A DNA stretch of 64,000 bases from Squalus acanthias (Eukaryota): the NCBI GenBank assembly GCA_030390025.1, contig JASTWF010000035.1:1860001-1924000 (forward strand), read 5' to 3'. This document shows positions 38,760-50,800 of the stretch, piece after piece. The notes beneath the pieces are model-generated. The model was not told where the DNA came from. It did no database searches and worked only from the letters and a program-made list of their open reading frames with translations. A program made the position numbers and the translations under genes. The stretch's first letter is position 1. Each line of letters starts with the position of its first letter.

Positions 38760-39860
38760 GCAGCCAAAACGCGCATGCGAGTGGACACGGGGAAACTGAG
38801 CCAAACAGGCATGCGAGTGGACACGGGGAAACTGAGCCAAAACGCGCATGCGAGTGGACACGGGGAAACTGAGCCAAACAGGCATGCGAGTGGACACGGG
38901 GAAACTGAGCCAAACAGACATGCGAGTGGACACGGGGAAACTGAGCCAAACAGGCATGCGAGTGGACACGGGGAAACTGAGCCAAACAGACATGCGAGTG
39001 GACACGGGGAAACTGAGCCAAACAGACATGTGAGTGGACACGGGGAAACTGAGCCAAACAGACATGCGAGTGGACACGGGGAAACTGAGCCAAACAGACA
39101 TGCGAGTGGACACGGGGAAACTGAGCCAAACAGACATGCGAGTGGACACGGGGAAACTGAGCCAAACAGACATGCGAGTGGACACGGGGAAACTGAGCCA
39201 AACAGACATGCGAGTGGACACGGGGAAACTGAGCCAAACAGACATGCGAGTGGACACGGGGAAACTGAGCCAAACAGACATGCGAGTGGACACGGGGAAA
39301 CTGAGCCAAACAGGCATGCGAGTGGACACGGGGAAACTGAGCCAAACAGACATGCGAGTGGACACGGGGAAACTGAGCCAAACAGGCATGCGAGTGGACA
39401 CGGGGAAACTGAGCCAAACAGACATGCGAGTGGACATGGGGAAACTGAGCCAAACAGACATGCGAGTGGACACGGGGAAACTGAGCCAAACAGGCATGCG
39501 AGTGGACACGGGGAAACTGAGCCAAACAGACATGCGAGTGGACATGGGGAAACTGAGCCAAACAGACATGCGAGTGGACATGGGGAAACTGAGCCAAACA
39601 GGCATGCGAGTGGACACGGGGAAACTGAGCCAAACAGACATGCGAGTGGACACGGGGAAACTGAGCCAAACAGACATGTGAGTGGACACGGGGAAACTGA
39701 GCCAAACAGACATGCGAGTGGACACGGGGAAACTGAGCCAAACAGACATGCGAGTGGACACGGGGAAACTGAGCCAAACAGACATGCGAGTGGACACGGG
39801 GAAACTGAGCCAAACAGACATGCGAGTGGACACGGGGAAACTGAGCCAAACAGACATGCT
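38760..39860. repeat. 36-bp minisatellite, about 30 highly homogeneous copies
   Basis: Unit GCCAAACAGACATGCGAGTGGACACGGGGAAACTGA, head to tail with no spacers. Confidence 0.97.
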
Positions 39861-40186
39861 TACAGGCAAGATCAAGATAGCTATATTCTGAAATACATGG
39901 GGAGTAGAGAGGAGATAACATGCGGGAAAACTAGAGTTAAAGTCAGAGGTCCGATAAAGTTGATGTAGGTTGGGTGGAATCTGCAACAAACTGATGTCCA
40001 GGCGCCGGGACAGGTGCTATTCGAAGGACAGAGCATTGTATGTATGTATTTACATGAGTTTAAATATTTCCTGTGGCCATATTGAAACAGCTTAGACTTC
40101 CACATGAAGAAGTGATTGGAACACACCAGACAACCACTGGTGCCTGTGGAGGGATCCCCGGGAATCACTGCTGATAAATCTGTCAA

Positions 40187-41240
40187 AGAAGCCTTGGCGA
40201 GTCGCTGCAGTGCATCTTGTAGATGGTACACACTGCAGCCACAGTGCGCCAGTGGTGGAGGGAGTGAATGTTTATGGTGGTGGATGGGGTGCCGATCAAG
40301 CGGGCTGCTTTGTCCTGGATGGTATCGAGCTTCTTGAGTGTTGTTGGAGCTGCACTCATCCTGACTTGTGCCTTGTAGGTGGTGAAAAGGCTTCGAGGTG
40401 TCAGGAGGTGAGTCACTCGCTGCAGAATACCCAGCCTCTCACCTGCTCTTGTAGCCACTATATTTATGTGGCTGGTCCAGTTAAGTTTCTGGTCAATGGT
40501 GACCCCCAGGATGTTGGTGGTGGGGGATTCGGCAATGGTAATGCCGTTGAATGTCAACGGGAGATGGTTAGACTCTCTTTTGTTGGAGATGGTCATTGCC
40601 TAGCGCTTGTGTGGCGCGAATGTTACCTGCCACTTATCAGCCCAAGCCTGAATGTCGGCCAGGTCTTGCTGCATGCGGGCATGGACTGCTTCATTATCTG
40701 AGGAGTTGCGAATGGAACTGAACACTGTGCAGTCATCAGCGAACATCCCCACTTCTGACCTTATGATGGAGGGAAGGTCATTGATGAAGCAGCTGAAGAT
40801 GGTTGGGCCGAGGACACTGCCCTGAGGAACTCCTGCAGCGATTGTCCTGGGGCTGTGATGATTGACCTCCAACAACCACAACCATCTTCCTTTGTGCTAG
40901 ATATGACTCCAGCCAGTGCAGAGTTTTCCCCTGATCCCCACTAACTTCAACTTTACTAGGGCTCCTTGATAGCACATTTTGTCAAATGCTGCCTGGATGT
41001 CAAGGGCAGTCACTCTCACCTCACCTCTGGAATTCAGCTCTTTTGTCCATGTTTGGAACAAGGCTGTAATGAGGTCTGGAGCCGAGTGGTCCTGGCGGAA
41101 ACCAAACTAAGCATCGGTGAGCAGGTTATTGGTGGGAAAGTGCTGCTTGATTGCACTGTCGATCACTTTGCTGATGATTGAGAGTAGACTGATGGGGCAG
41201 TAATTGGACAGATTGGATTTGTCCTGCGTTTTGAAACGCT
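40187..41240 (-). mobile_element. LINE RT fragment of a distinct CR1-group family
   Basis: [22 protein letters not shown]...MFADDCT and ILGVTIDQKLNW; multiple frameshifts. Confidence 0.85.
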
Positions 41241-41257
41241 TTGAAACTGAAACTTCC

Positions 41258-41888
41258 ACTGACAGACGCAGGCTGATACTGACTGACATTGACAGACACT
41301 GACACTGATACTGACACTGACTGACATTGACAGACACTGACACTGATACTGACACTGACCGACATTGACAGACACTGACACTGACTGACATTGACAGACA
41401 CTGACACTGATACTGACACTGACCGACATTGACAGACACTGACACTGATACTGACACTGACCGACATTGACAGACACTGACACTGACTGACATTGACAGA
41501 CATTGACAGACACTGACACTGATACTGACACTGACCGACATTGACAGACACTGACACTGACTGACATTGACAGACATTGACAGACACTGACACTGACACT
41601 GATACTGACACTGACTGACATTGACAGACACTGACACTGACTGACATTGACAGACATTGACAGACACTGACACTGACTGACATTGACAGACACTGACACT
41701 GATACTGACACTGATACCGACACTGACTGACATTGACAGACACTGACACTGACACTGACTGACATTGACAGACACTGACACTGATACTGACACTGACAGA
41801 CACTGACTGACACTGATAGACACTCACACTGATGTCGACACTGACTGAGACTGACACTCACACTGACAGACACTCACTGACACTGATG
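41258..41888 (+). repeat. Satellite array, GACATTGACA/GACACTGATACT variant
   Basis: Tandem units on the same strand as the other arrays. Confidence 0.95.
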
Positions 41889-42070
41889 CACTGTGGAAGA
41901 ATGGATTCAAATTGCATGCAGCAGATTGGACCCTGAAATTACACCACGTTTTGGGAATGTTCTATAAGGGTTACTCTGGTCTGCTGTAGTATCAAGACTT
42001 TGGGGACAAGAAACCCGTCACCATTTATGCACAGTCCTGCAATTACCCCAGTGGGACTGTGATCAAAGCA
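41889..42070 (+). repeat. Intronic block of the exon-duplication unit (other copies at 43461-43640 and 44011-44125)
   Basis: Shared aagaatggattcaa...gaccctgaaattac...ctggtctg...ttggggac..aacccgtcacc. Confidence 0.85.
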
Positions 42071-42074
42071 GCCC

Positions 42075-42242
42075 AAAAAGAAAGAAAAGACTTTCATTTA
42101 TATAGCGCCTTTCACGACTACCAGATGCTGCAAAGCGCTTTACGACCAATTAAGTATTTTTGAAGTGTAGTCACTGTTGTAATGTAAGAAACGCGGCAGC
42201 CAGTTTGCACACAGCAAGCTCCCACAAACAGCATGTGATAAT
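42075..42242 (-). mobile_element. SINE 3' part resembling a Deu-domain SINE with an L2-like tail
   Basis: Reverse strand reads tgctgtttgtgggagcttgctgtg..aaactggctgccgcgttt...gtgaaaggcgctatataaatg. Family assignment is from memory. Confidence 0.65.
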
Positions 42243-42365
42243 AAAAACAGAAAATACTCAGCAGAGAACTGATGAAAGATCATCGAGCGGAAACGTTAAC
42301 TCTGTTTCTCCCTCCACAGATGCTGCCTGACCTGCTGAGTATTTCCAGCATTTTCTGTTTTTATT
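42241..42365 (+). mobile_element. Penelope-like element terminal remnant with inverted arms and a degenerate hammerhead core
   Basis: CTGATGA at 42269-42275 and GAAACGTT at 42290-42297. 42241-42264 is the inverted, internally deleted copy of 42332-42364. The same sequence occurs at 63850-63950. Confidence 0.65.
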
Positions 42366-42544
42366 TACCCTCCTGAACCCTGAATGATCTCTCTCCACAA
42401 CCAGTCTTACTCACTGATCCTAGAATGATCACTCCACATTCAGCCGCACCCCACTGATCCCTGAACTATCTCTCCACACACAGATTTACATCACCTCTAA
42501 CTCACACTGACTGAAAATGACAGGCACTGAAACTGAATGACATT

Positions 42545-43288
42545 GGCCCAGAAATTAAACACCGAGTGTTGACGCGGGGGTAAGGCTTCCCCGCGATATC
42601 TCACTCCGCGCCTACCTTTTTCCTCCGGGCCCACACGAACTTTAGTTTCAAGGCTGCAGTTGTGCAGTGCTTGCGTGACCCAGAGACGCAATTAGTTCGT
42701 GCGAGCTCTGGGATCACGTGATTCAGTTAGAGCCAATGGCAGCACACCATCTTTCATTCATAGTTTTGACAGCAAGGGCTGTCAAAGCTATGAATACTAT
42801 ACCCCCCCAAAAGAACAGTTAAACCTCAATTAAATTTAAAAAAAAGCCATCACATTAATAAAATAAGTATAGTTAAATAAATTAACCACTTTAAACAAAA
42901 TCTTAAATTTTTGAAAAAATTTAAAATCTTTTTAAAAGTTATAAAAATAAACTTACCTTTCTTTAAAGTCTCTAAAAAAGATAAACCTGTTGAAAAAAAT
43001 TTAAAATAATACTTAATTAACTACTTACCTTGTTAAAAGAGGGTCTTACGCCTCCTTTCTTTATGTGTAAAATCTTCCATGCTTACCTGCGCGTTCAAAG
43101 CACTAAGTGCACTGCGTGCGCGCAGCCTGTAGCGCGCACGCGGTTCACTTAGGAAACGCCCCCTTTTGAATTCACGAAGTGCCGGTTTCCCACGCATGCA
43201 CAGTGCATGCTGGAAACCGGCAATTGGAGACCTAAAACACGAGAGTACACAGTGCGTACTCTCGCGTATTAGGTCTAATTTTCGGGCC
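42545..43288. mobile_element. 744-bp Harbinger-like MITE with AT-rich core, inserted in satellite
   Basis: GGCCCAGAAATTA ... TAATTTTCGGGCC with TSD ATT (42542-42544, 43289-43291). Confidence 0.8.
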
Positions 43289-43923
43289 ATTGACACTACA
43301 ACTGACTGGCACTGACTGATCCTGACTGACTATTACTGACAGACGCTGTCTGACACTGATACCAACACTGACTTGCAGTCGCAAACACTGACTTATACTG
43401 GCACTAACACTGACAAACACTGACGCCGACACCGACGAACTGACAGACACTGACACTGACGCACTGTGGAAGAATGGATTCAAGTGCATGCAACAGGTTA
43501 GACCCTGAAATTACGCCAAGACTCGGGAATGTACTCAAAGGCTGATTCTGGTCTGGTGTAGTAGCCTAACCTTGGGGACGAAAACCCGTCACCCTTCATG
43601 CTCACTCCTGCAATTACCCCGGTGGGACTGTGATCAAAGGGACCACAAAAAAGCCCAGGACTGATATAACTCCAATCAGGACTTTCCATGGGGTCATTGT
43701 TGGGGCGGAGTCTCCATCTGCTCCAGTGGAAGGGAGCGTGGCAGTGACTGGGACACCAGGCTGGGGCTTTCTGAGGCCCTAACTGTGGATGCTCTGAGGA
43801 AAGTGTTGGTGCTGGGGTAGGTACAAATGGTAATCTCAGCCTGACTCTCAACCTCCGAGTGCCCCGATGCATGAACAGAGTCCCACATTTATTAAGGATG
43901 TTTCTGCTCTTTACTTTCCACAG

Positions 43924-43998
43924 CTGCATTGCCTGAGACAATGGAAACAGACATAAGTATCACAACAGCGCTTCAGCAAAGTACCGGAGAGATTCCAG
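43924..43998 (+). CDS. Candidate 75-nt internal exon, copy 3; (A)ALPETMETDISITTALQQSTGEIP
   Basis: ctctttactttccacAG acceptor and CAG|GTAAGA donor. Same length and frame as copies 1-2, with about 90 nt of upstream intron also conserved. Confidence 0.75.
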
Positions 43999-44159
43999 GT
44001 AAGAAGTGCAAGAATGGATTCAAGTTGCCTGCAGCAGGTTAGACCCTGAAATTACACCATGTCCTCAAAGGCTGTCTCTGGTCTGGCGTTGTATCCTGAC
44101 CTTGGGGACTACAACCCGTCACCTTTCCAATAAAGCTCTCGAATTTATTAATTATATTT

Positions 44160-44695
44160 ATTTAAAGGTTTCTTGAAGGTGGTTTGCAGTGGTGTACCCC
44201 AAGGGTCAGTTTTGGGTTTATTACTCTTTTCAATTTTTATAAACGACCTAGTCTCGGGTGTAGGGAGTAGATGATACGAAACTTGGCAATGTAGTAGATA
44301 GTGATGAGGATAGTTGTAGGCTTCAGGATGACATAGACAGGGTGCTGAAATGGGCAGGAGCATGGCAGATGCAGTTCAGTGCGGAGAGGTGTGAAGTGAT
44401 GCACTTTAGGAGGACTAATATGGAAAGACAATATTACAAAGATACTATACTATAAATGGCAGGATTTTGATAAGTGTAGATGAGCAGAGAGAGACCTTGG
44501 TGTCCATATACACAAATCCTTAAAGGTGGCGGGACAAGTTGATAAGGTGGTGAAAAAAGCATATGCGTTACTTGGGTTTATAAATAGAGGAATATATAAA
44601 GCGAGGAGATCATGCTGGAACTTTCTAAATCACTGGCTAGGAATCAGCTGGAGTATTGTGGACAATTCTGGGAACCACACTTCAGGAAAGATGTA
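44160..44695 (+). mobile_element. Old degenerate CR1 RT fragment
   Basis: gtggtgtaccccaagggtcagttttggg (GVPQGSVLG) and QLEYCGQFW. Confidence 0.8.
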
Positions 44696-44696
44696 A

Positions 44697-45265
44697 ACAG
44701 CAACAACTTGTATTTATATAGCGCCTTACCAAAAAACCCCAACTCTGACACCGAGCCATATAAGGAGATGTTCGGGCAGGTGACCAAAAGCTTGGTCGAA
44801 GAGGTAGGTTTTAAGGAGCGACTTAAAGGAGGAAAGAGAAGTGGAGAGGCGGAGAGGTTTAGAGAGGGAATTCCAGAGCTTAGGATCTCGGCAGCTGAAG
44901 GCACGACCGCCAATGGTAGAGCCTTTAAAATCAGGATGTTCAAAGGCCAGACTAGGCGGAGCGCAGAGGTCTAGGGGGATTATAGGGCTGGAGGAGATTA
45001 TAGAGATAAGGAGGGGCGAGGCCATGGAGAGATTTGTAAACAAGGATGAGAATTTTAAAATTGAAGTGTTGCTTAACGGGGAGGCCAATGTAGGTCAGCG
45101 AGCACAGGGGGGATGGGTGATGGGGACTTGGGACACGGGCAGCAGAGTTTTGGATGACCTCAAGTTTATGGAGGGTTGATCTAGGGAGGCCGGCCAGGAG
45201 TGCATTGGACTAGTCAAATCTAGAGGTGATAAAGGCATGGATGAGGGTTTCAGCAGCAGATAAGT
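44697..45265 (-). mobile_element. L2 3' fragment
   Basis: caacaacttgtatttatatagcgcc tail and IGGRAFS...FKSLLKTYLF. Confidence 0.85.
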
Positions 45266-47850
45266 TACGAACATACAAATTAGGAGCAAGAGTCGGCCAC
45301 CCGGCCCCTCGAGCCTGCTCCGCCATTCAATAAGATCATGGCTGATCCGATTACTCCATATTCCCGTCTACCCCCGATAACCTTTCACCCCCTTGCTTAT
45401 CAAGAATCTATCTACCTCTGCCTTAAAAATATTCAAAGACTCTGCTTCCACCGCCCTCTGAGGAAGAGAGTTCCAAAGACTCACGACCCTCTGTGAGAAA
45501 AAAATTCTCCTCATCTCTGTCTTAAATGGGCGACCCCTTATTTTTAAACAGTGACCCCTAGTTCTAGATTCTCCCACAAGAGGAAACATCCTCTCCACAC
45601 CCACCCTGTCAAGACCCCTCAGGATCTTATGTGTTTCAATCAAGTCACCTCTTACCCTTCTAAACTCCAGCGGATACAAGCCTAGCCTGTCCAACCTTTC
45701 CTCATAAGACAACCCGCCCATTCCAGGTATTAGTCTAATAAACCTTCTCTGAACTGCTTCCAACGCATTTACATCCTTCCTTAAATAAGGAGACTAATAC
45801 TGTACACAATACCCCCGATGTGATCTCACCAATGCCCTGTATAACTGAAGCATAACCTCCCTACTTTTGTATTCAATTCCCCTCGCAATAAACGATAACA
45901 TTCTATTAGCTTTCCTAATTACTTGCTGTACCTGCATAGTAACCTTTTGCGATACATGCAGTAGGACACCCAGATCCCTCTGCATCTCAGAGTTCTGCAA
46001 TCTCTCACCATTTAGATAATATGCTTCTTTTTTATTCTTCCTGCCAAAATGGACAACTTCACATTTTCCCACATTATACTCCATTTGCCAGATCTTTGCC
46101 CACTCACTTAACCTATCTGTATCCCTTTGTAGCCTCCATATGTCCCCTTCACAATTTACTCTCCTACCTATCTTTGTTTCATCAGCAAATTTAGCAACCA
46201 TACCTTCGGTCCCTTCATCCAAGTCATTTGTATAAATTGTAAAAAGTTGAGGCCCCAGCACTGATCCCTGTGGCACACCACTCGTTACATCTTGCCAATC
46301 AGAAAATGACCCATTTATGCCTACTCTCTGTTTCCTGTTAGCTAGCCAATCTTCTATCCATGCCAATATGTTACCCCCTACACCATGAGCTTTTATTTTC
46401 CGCAATAACCTTTGATGTGGCACCTTATCAAATGCCTTCTGGAAATCTAAGTACAGTACATCCACCGGTTCTCCTTTATCCACAGCACATGTTACTTCCT
46501 CAAAGAACTCTAATAAATTGGTTAAACATGATTTCCCTTGCACAAAACCATATTGACTCTGCCTGATTACTTTGAACTTTTCTAAATGCCCTGCTATAAC
46601 GTCTTTAATAATAGCTTCTAACATCTTCCCTATGACAGATGTTAAGCTAACTGGCCTGTAGTTTCCTGCTTTCTGTCTCCCTCCCTTTTTGAATAAAGGA
46701 GTTACATTCGCTTTTTTCCAATCGAATGGAACCTTCCCCGAATCTAGGGAATTTTGGAAAATTAAAACCAACGCATCAACTATCTCACTAGCCACTTCTT
46801 TTAAGACCCTAGGATGAAGTCCATCGGGACTTGTCAGCCCGCAGCTCCAACAATTTGCTCAGTACCACTTCCCTGGTGATTATAATTTTCTTGAGTTCCT
46901 CCCTCCCTTCCATTTCCTGATTTACAGCTATTTCTGGGATGTTACTTGTATCCTCTACAGTGAAGACCGATGCAAAATACCTGTTCAATTCAACTGCCAT
47001 CTCCTTATTTTCCATTATTAATTCCCCAGACTCACTTTTTATTGGACCAACGCTCACTTTAACTCTTCTTTTTAAAATATCTATAGAAACTTTTACTATC
47101 TGTTTTTATATTTCTAGCTAGCTATCTCTCGTACTCTAATTTTTCTCTCCTTATTAATCTTTTAGTCATTCTTTGCTGTTTTTTATATTCTGTCCAATCA
47201 TCTGACCTGCCACCCATCTTTGCGCAATTATATGCTTTTTCTTTAAGTTTGATACTATCTTTAACTTTTTTAGTTAACCACGGTGGGAGGTGGGTCCTCC
47301 CCTTGGAATGTTTCTTTCTTATTAGAATGTATATATTCTGTGTATTTTGAAATATCCCCTTAAATGTCTGCCACTGCAACTCTATTGACCTATCCCTTAA
47401 CCTAATTTGCCAGTTCACTTTAGCTAGCTCTGCTTTCATTCCCTCATAATTGCCCTTATTTAAGTTTAAAATACTAGTCTTGGACCCACTCTTCTCTCTC
47501 TCAAACTGAATGTAAAATTCAATCATATTATGATCGCTGCTACCTAGGAGCGCCTTAACTATGAGGTCATTAATTAACCCTATCTCGTTGCACAATACCA
47601 GGTCTAGTATAGCCTGCTCTCTGGTTGGCTCCAAAACGTACTGTTGTAAGCAACTTTCCCGAAAACATTCCATGAACTTCTCATCTATGCTAACTTTGCC
47701 CATCTGATTTTTCCAGTCTATATGCAGATTAAAATCCCCCATGATTATTGCCCTACCCTTCTGACAAGCTCTCATTATTTCTTCCTTTATACTCCATCCT
47801 ACCATGTGGTTACTGTTAGGGGGCCTGTACACCACTCCCACAAGTGACTT

Positions 47851-50800
47851 CATAGAAACATAGAAGATAGGAGCAGGAGTAGGCCATTCGGCCCCTCAAG
47901 CCTGCTCCGCCATTCGATGAGATCATGGCTGATCATCCAAACTCAGTACCCTGTCCCTGCCTTCTCCCCATATCCCTTGATAACTTTAGCCTTAAGAAAT
48001 ATATCTAACTCCTTCTTGAATATATTTACTGACTTGGCCTCAACTGCATTCTGTGGTAGAGAATTCCACAGGTTCACCACTCTCTGGGTGAAGAAATTCC
48101 TCCTCATCTCTGTCCTAAATGGCTTACCCCTCATCTTTAGACTGTGACCTCTTGTTCTGGACTCACCCGCCATCGGGAACATCCTTCCTGCATCCAGTCT
48201 GTCTAGTCCTGTTAGAATTTTATAAGTTTCAATGAGATCTCCTCTCATTCTTCTAAACTCCAGCGAATATAAGCCCAATCGACCCAATCTCTCCTCGTAC
48301 GTCATTCCTGCCATCCCAGGTATCAGTCTGGTGAATCTTCGCTGCACACCCTCCATGGCAAGAACATCCTTCCTCAGATAAGGCGACCAAAACTGCACAC
48401 AATACTCAAGGTGTGGTCTCACCAAGGCCCTGTACAGCTGCAGCAAGACATCCTTGTTCCTGTACTCAAACCCTCTCGCTACGAAGGCCAACATACCATT
48501 TGCCTTCTTAACCGCCTGCTGTACCTGCATGCTTACCTTCAGCGACTGGTGCACAAGGACACCCAGGTCTCGTTGCACTTCCACTTCTCCCAATCTATTG
48601 CCGTTCAGATAATAATCTGCCTTTCTGTTTTTGCCACCAAAGTGGATAACCTCGCATTTATCCACATTATACTGCATCTGCCATGCTTCTGCCCAATCAC
48701 CCAACCTATCCAAATCATACTGGAGTTTCTCGGCATCCTTCTCGCAGCACACACGGCCACCCAGCTTTGTGTCGTCTGCAAACTTGGAGATATTACATCT
48801 AGTTCCCTTGTCTAGATCATTAATATATATAGTGAATACTGGGGTCCTAGGACCGATCCCTGCGGAACCCCACTAGTCACTGCCTGCCACTCGGAAAAAG
48901 ACTTGTTTATTCCAACTCTTTGCTTCCTGTCTGCCAACCAGTTCTCTATCCAAGTCAGTACCTTGCCCCCAATCCCATGTGCCTTAACTTTACACGCTAA
49001 TCTCTTATACGGGACCTTATCAAAAGCCTTCTGAAAGTCCAAATACACCACATCCACTGGTTCTCCCTTATCTATTCTATCAGTTACATCCTCAAAAAAT
49101 TCCAGTAGATTAGTCAAGCACGATTTACCTTTTGTAAATCCATGTTGACTTTGTCCAATCCTGTCACTGTTTTCCAAGTGCTCTGCTATTACATCTTTTA
49201 TAATGGACTCTAGCATTTTCCCCACTACCGATGTCAGGCTTACCGGTCTATAATTCCCCGTTTTTTCTTTACCACCTTTTTTGAACAGTGGGGTAACATT
49301 AGCTACCCTCCAATCCATGGGAACTGTTCCAGAGTCTATAGAATTTTGGAAGATGACCAGCAATGCATCTACTATTTCTAGGGCTACTTCCTTAAGTACC
49401 CTAGGATGTAGATTATCAGGCCCTGGGGATTTATCGGCCTTTAATGCCGTCAATTTCCCTAACACCATTTCCCTACAAATACTGATTTCATTCAGTTCCT
49501 CCCTCTCATTAGACCCTATGTTCCCCGACATCTCTGGGAGGTTATTTGTGCTCTCCTTTGTGAAGACAGAGCCAAAGTATGTATTTAATTGGTCAGCCAT
49601 TTATTTGTTCCCCATTATAAATTCCCCTGATTCTGACTGCAAGGGACCTACGCTTGACTTCACCAATCTTTTTCTCTTCGCATATTTATAAAAGATTTTA
49701 CAGTCAGTTTTTATGTTCCCTGCAAGCTTACACTCGTACTCTATTTTCCCCATCTTAATTAATCCCTTTGTCCTCCTTTGCTGAATCCTAAACTGCTCCC
49801 AATCCTCAGGTTTACTGCTTTTTCTGGCCAATTTATATGTCCTCTCCTTGGATCTTACGCTATCCCTGATTTCCCTTGTCAGCCATGGTTGAGTCACCTT
49901 TTTTGTTTTATTTTTATGCCAGACAGGGATGAACAAATTCTGTAGTTCATCCATGCAATCTTTGAATGCTTGACATTGCCTATCCACCATCAACCCTTTG
50001 AGTAACATTCTCCAATCTATCCTACCCAACTCGCGCCTCATACCATCGTAGTTTCCTTTATTTAATTTCAGGACCCTAGTCTCTGAGTCAACTATTTCAT
50101 TCTCCATCTTAATGAAGAATTCTATCATATTATGATCGCTCTGCCCCAAGGGGCCCCACACAACAAGATTGCTAACTAATCCTTTCTCGTTACATAATAC
50201 CCAGTCTAAGATGGCCTAATCTCTAGTTGGTTCCTCGACACATTGGTCCAGGGAACCATCCCGTATACGCTCCAGGAATTCCTCCTCCACAGTATTGTTA
50301 CTAATTTGGTTAGCCCAATCTATATGTAGATTAAAGTCACCCATGGTAACTGTTGTGCCCTTATTGCACGCGTCTCTAATTTCACGTTTAATGCCATCCC
50401 CAACCTCTGCATTACTGTTTGGGGGTCTGTATACAACTCCCACTAACGTTTTCTGCCCCTTGGTATTTCTCAGTTCTACCCATACGGATTCCACATCATC
50501 AGAGCTAATATCCTTCCTTACAATTGTGTTAATCCCCTCTTTAACCAGCAATGCTACCCCACCTTCTTTTCCTTTGTGCCTGTCTTTCCTGAATATCGAA
50601 AACCCCTGGATGTTGAGTTCCCAGCCTTGGTCACCCTGGAGCTATGTCTCCGTAATCCCAATCATATCATATCCGTTTACATCTATTGCACAGCTAATTC
50701 ATCCACCTTATTACGAATGCTCCTTGCATTAAGACACAAAGCCTTCAGGCTTGATTTTTTAACACTCTTAGACGTTTTAGAATTAATATTTACTGTGGCC

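Larger units (their letters stand above)
24888..38760 (-). mobile_element. L2-clade LINE split into four pieces (24888-25600, 26165-27205, 36946-37537, 37926-38760) by younger insertions
   Basis: L2 motifs: LIHAFVTSRLDY, HSTETALIKV, LLDLSAAFD, and APE start LQNIRSLVNKA...METWL. The sequence rejoins across each insertion. Confidence 0.88.

Noticed and set aside
38760..39860. CRISPR array (36-bp repeat) or repeat-protein ORFs of 408-491 aa
   Set aside because: Units are contiguous with no spacers, there are no cas genes and the context is eukaryotic. The ORFs arise because a 36-bp unit is stop-free in several frames.
40040..40186. Possible additional exon after gaaacAG at 40090
   Set aside because: Weak pyrimidine tract, no good donor and no similarity to the 75-nt exons.
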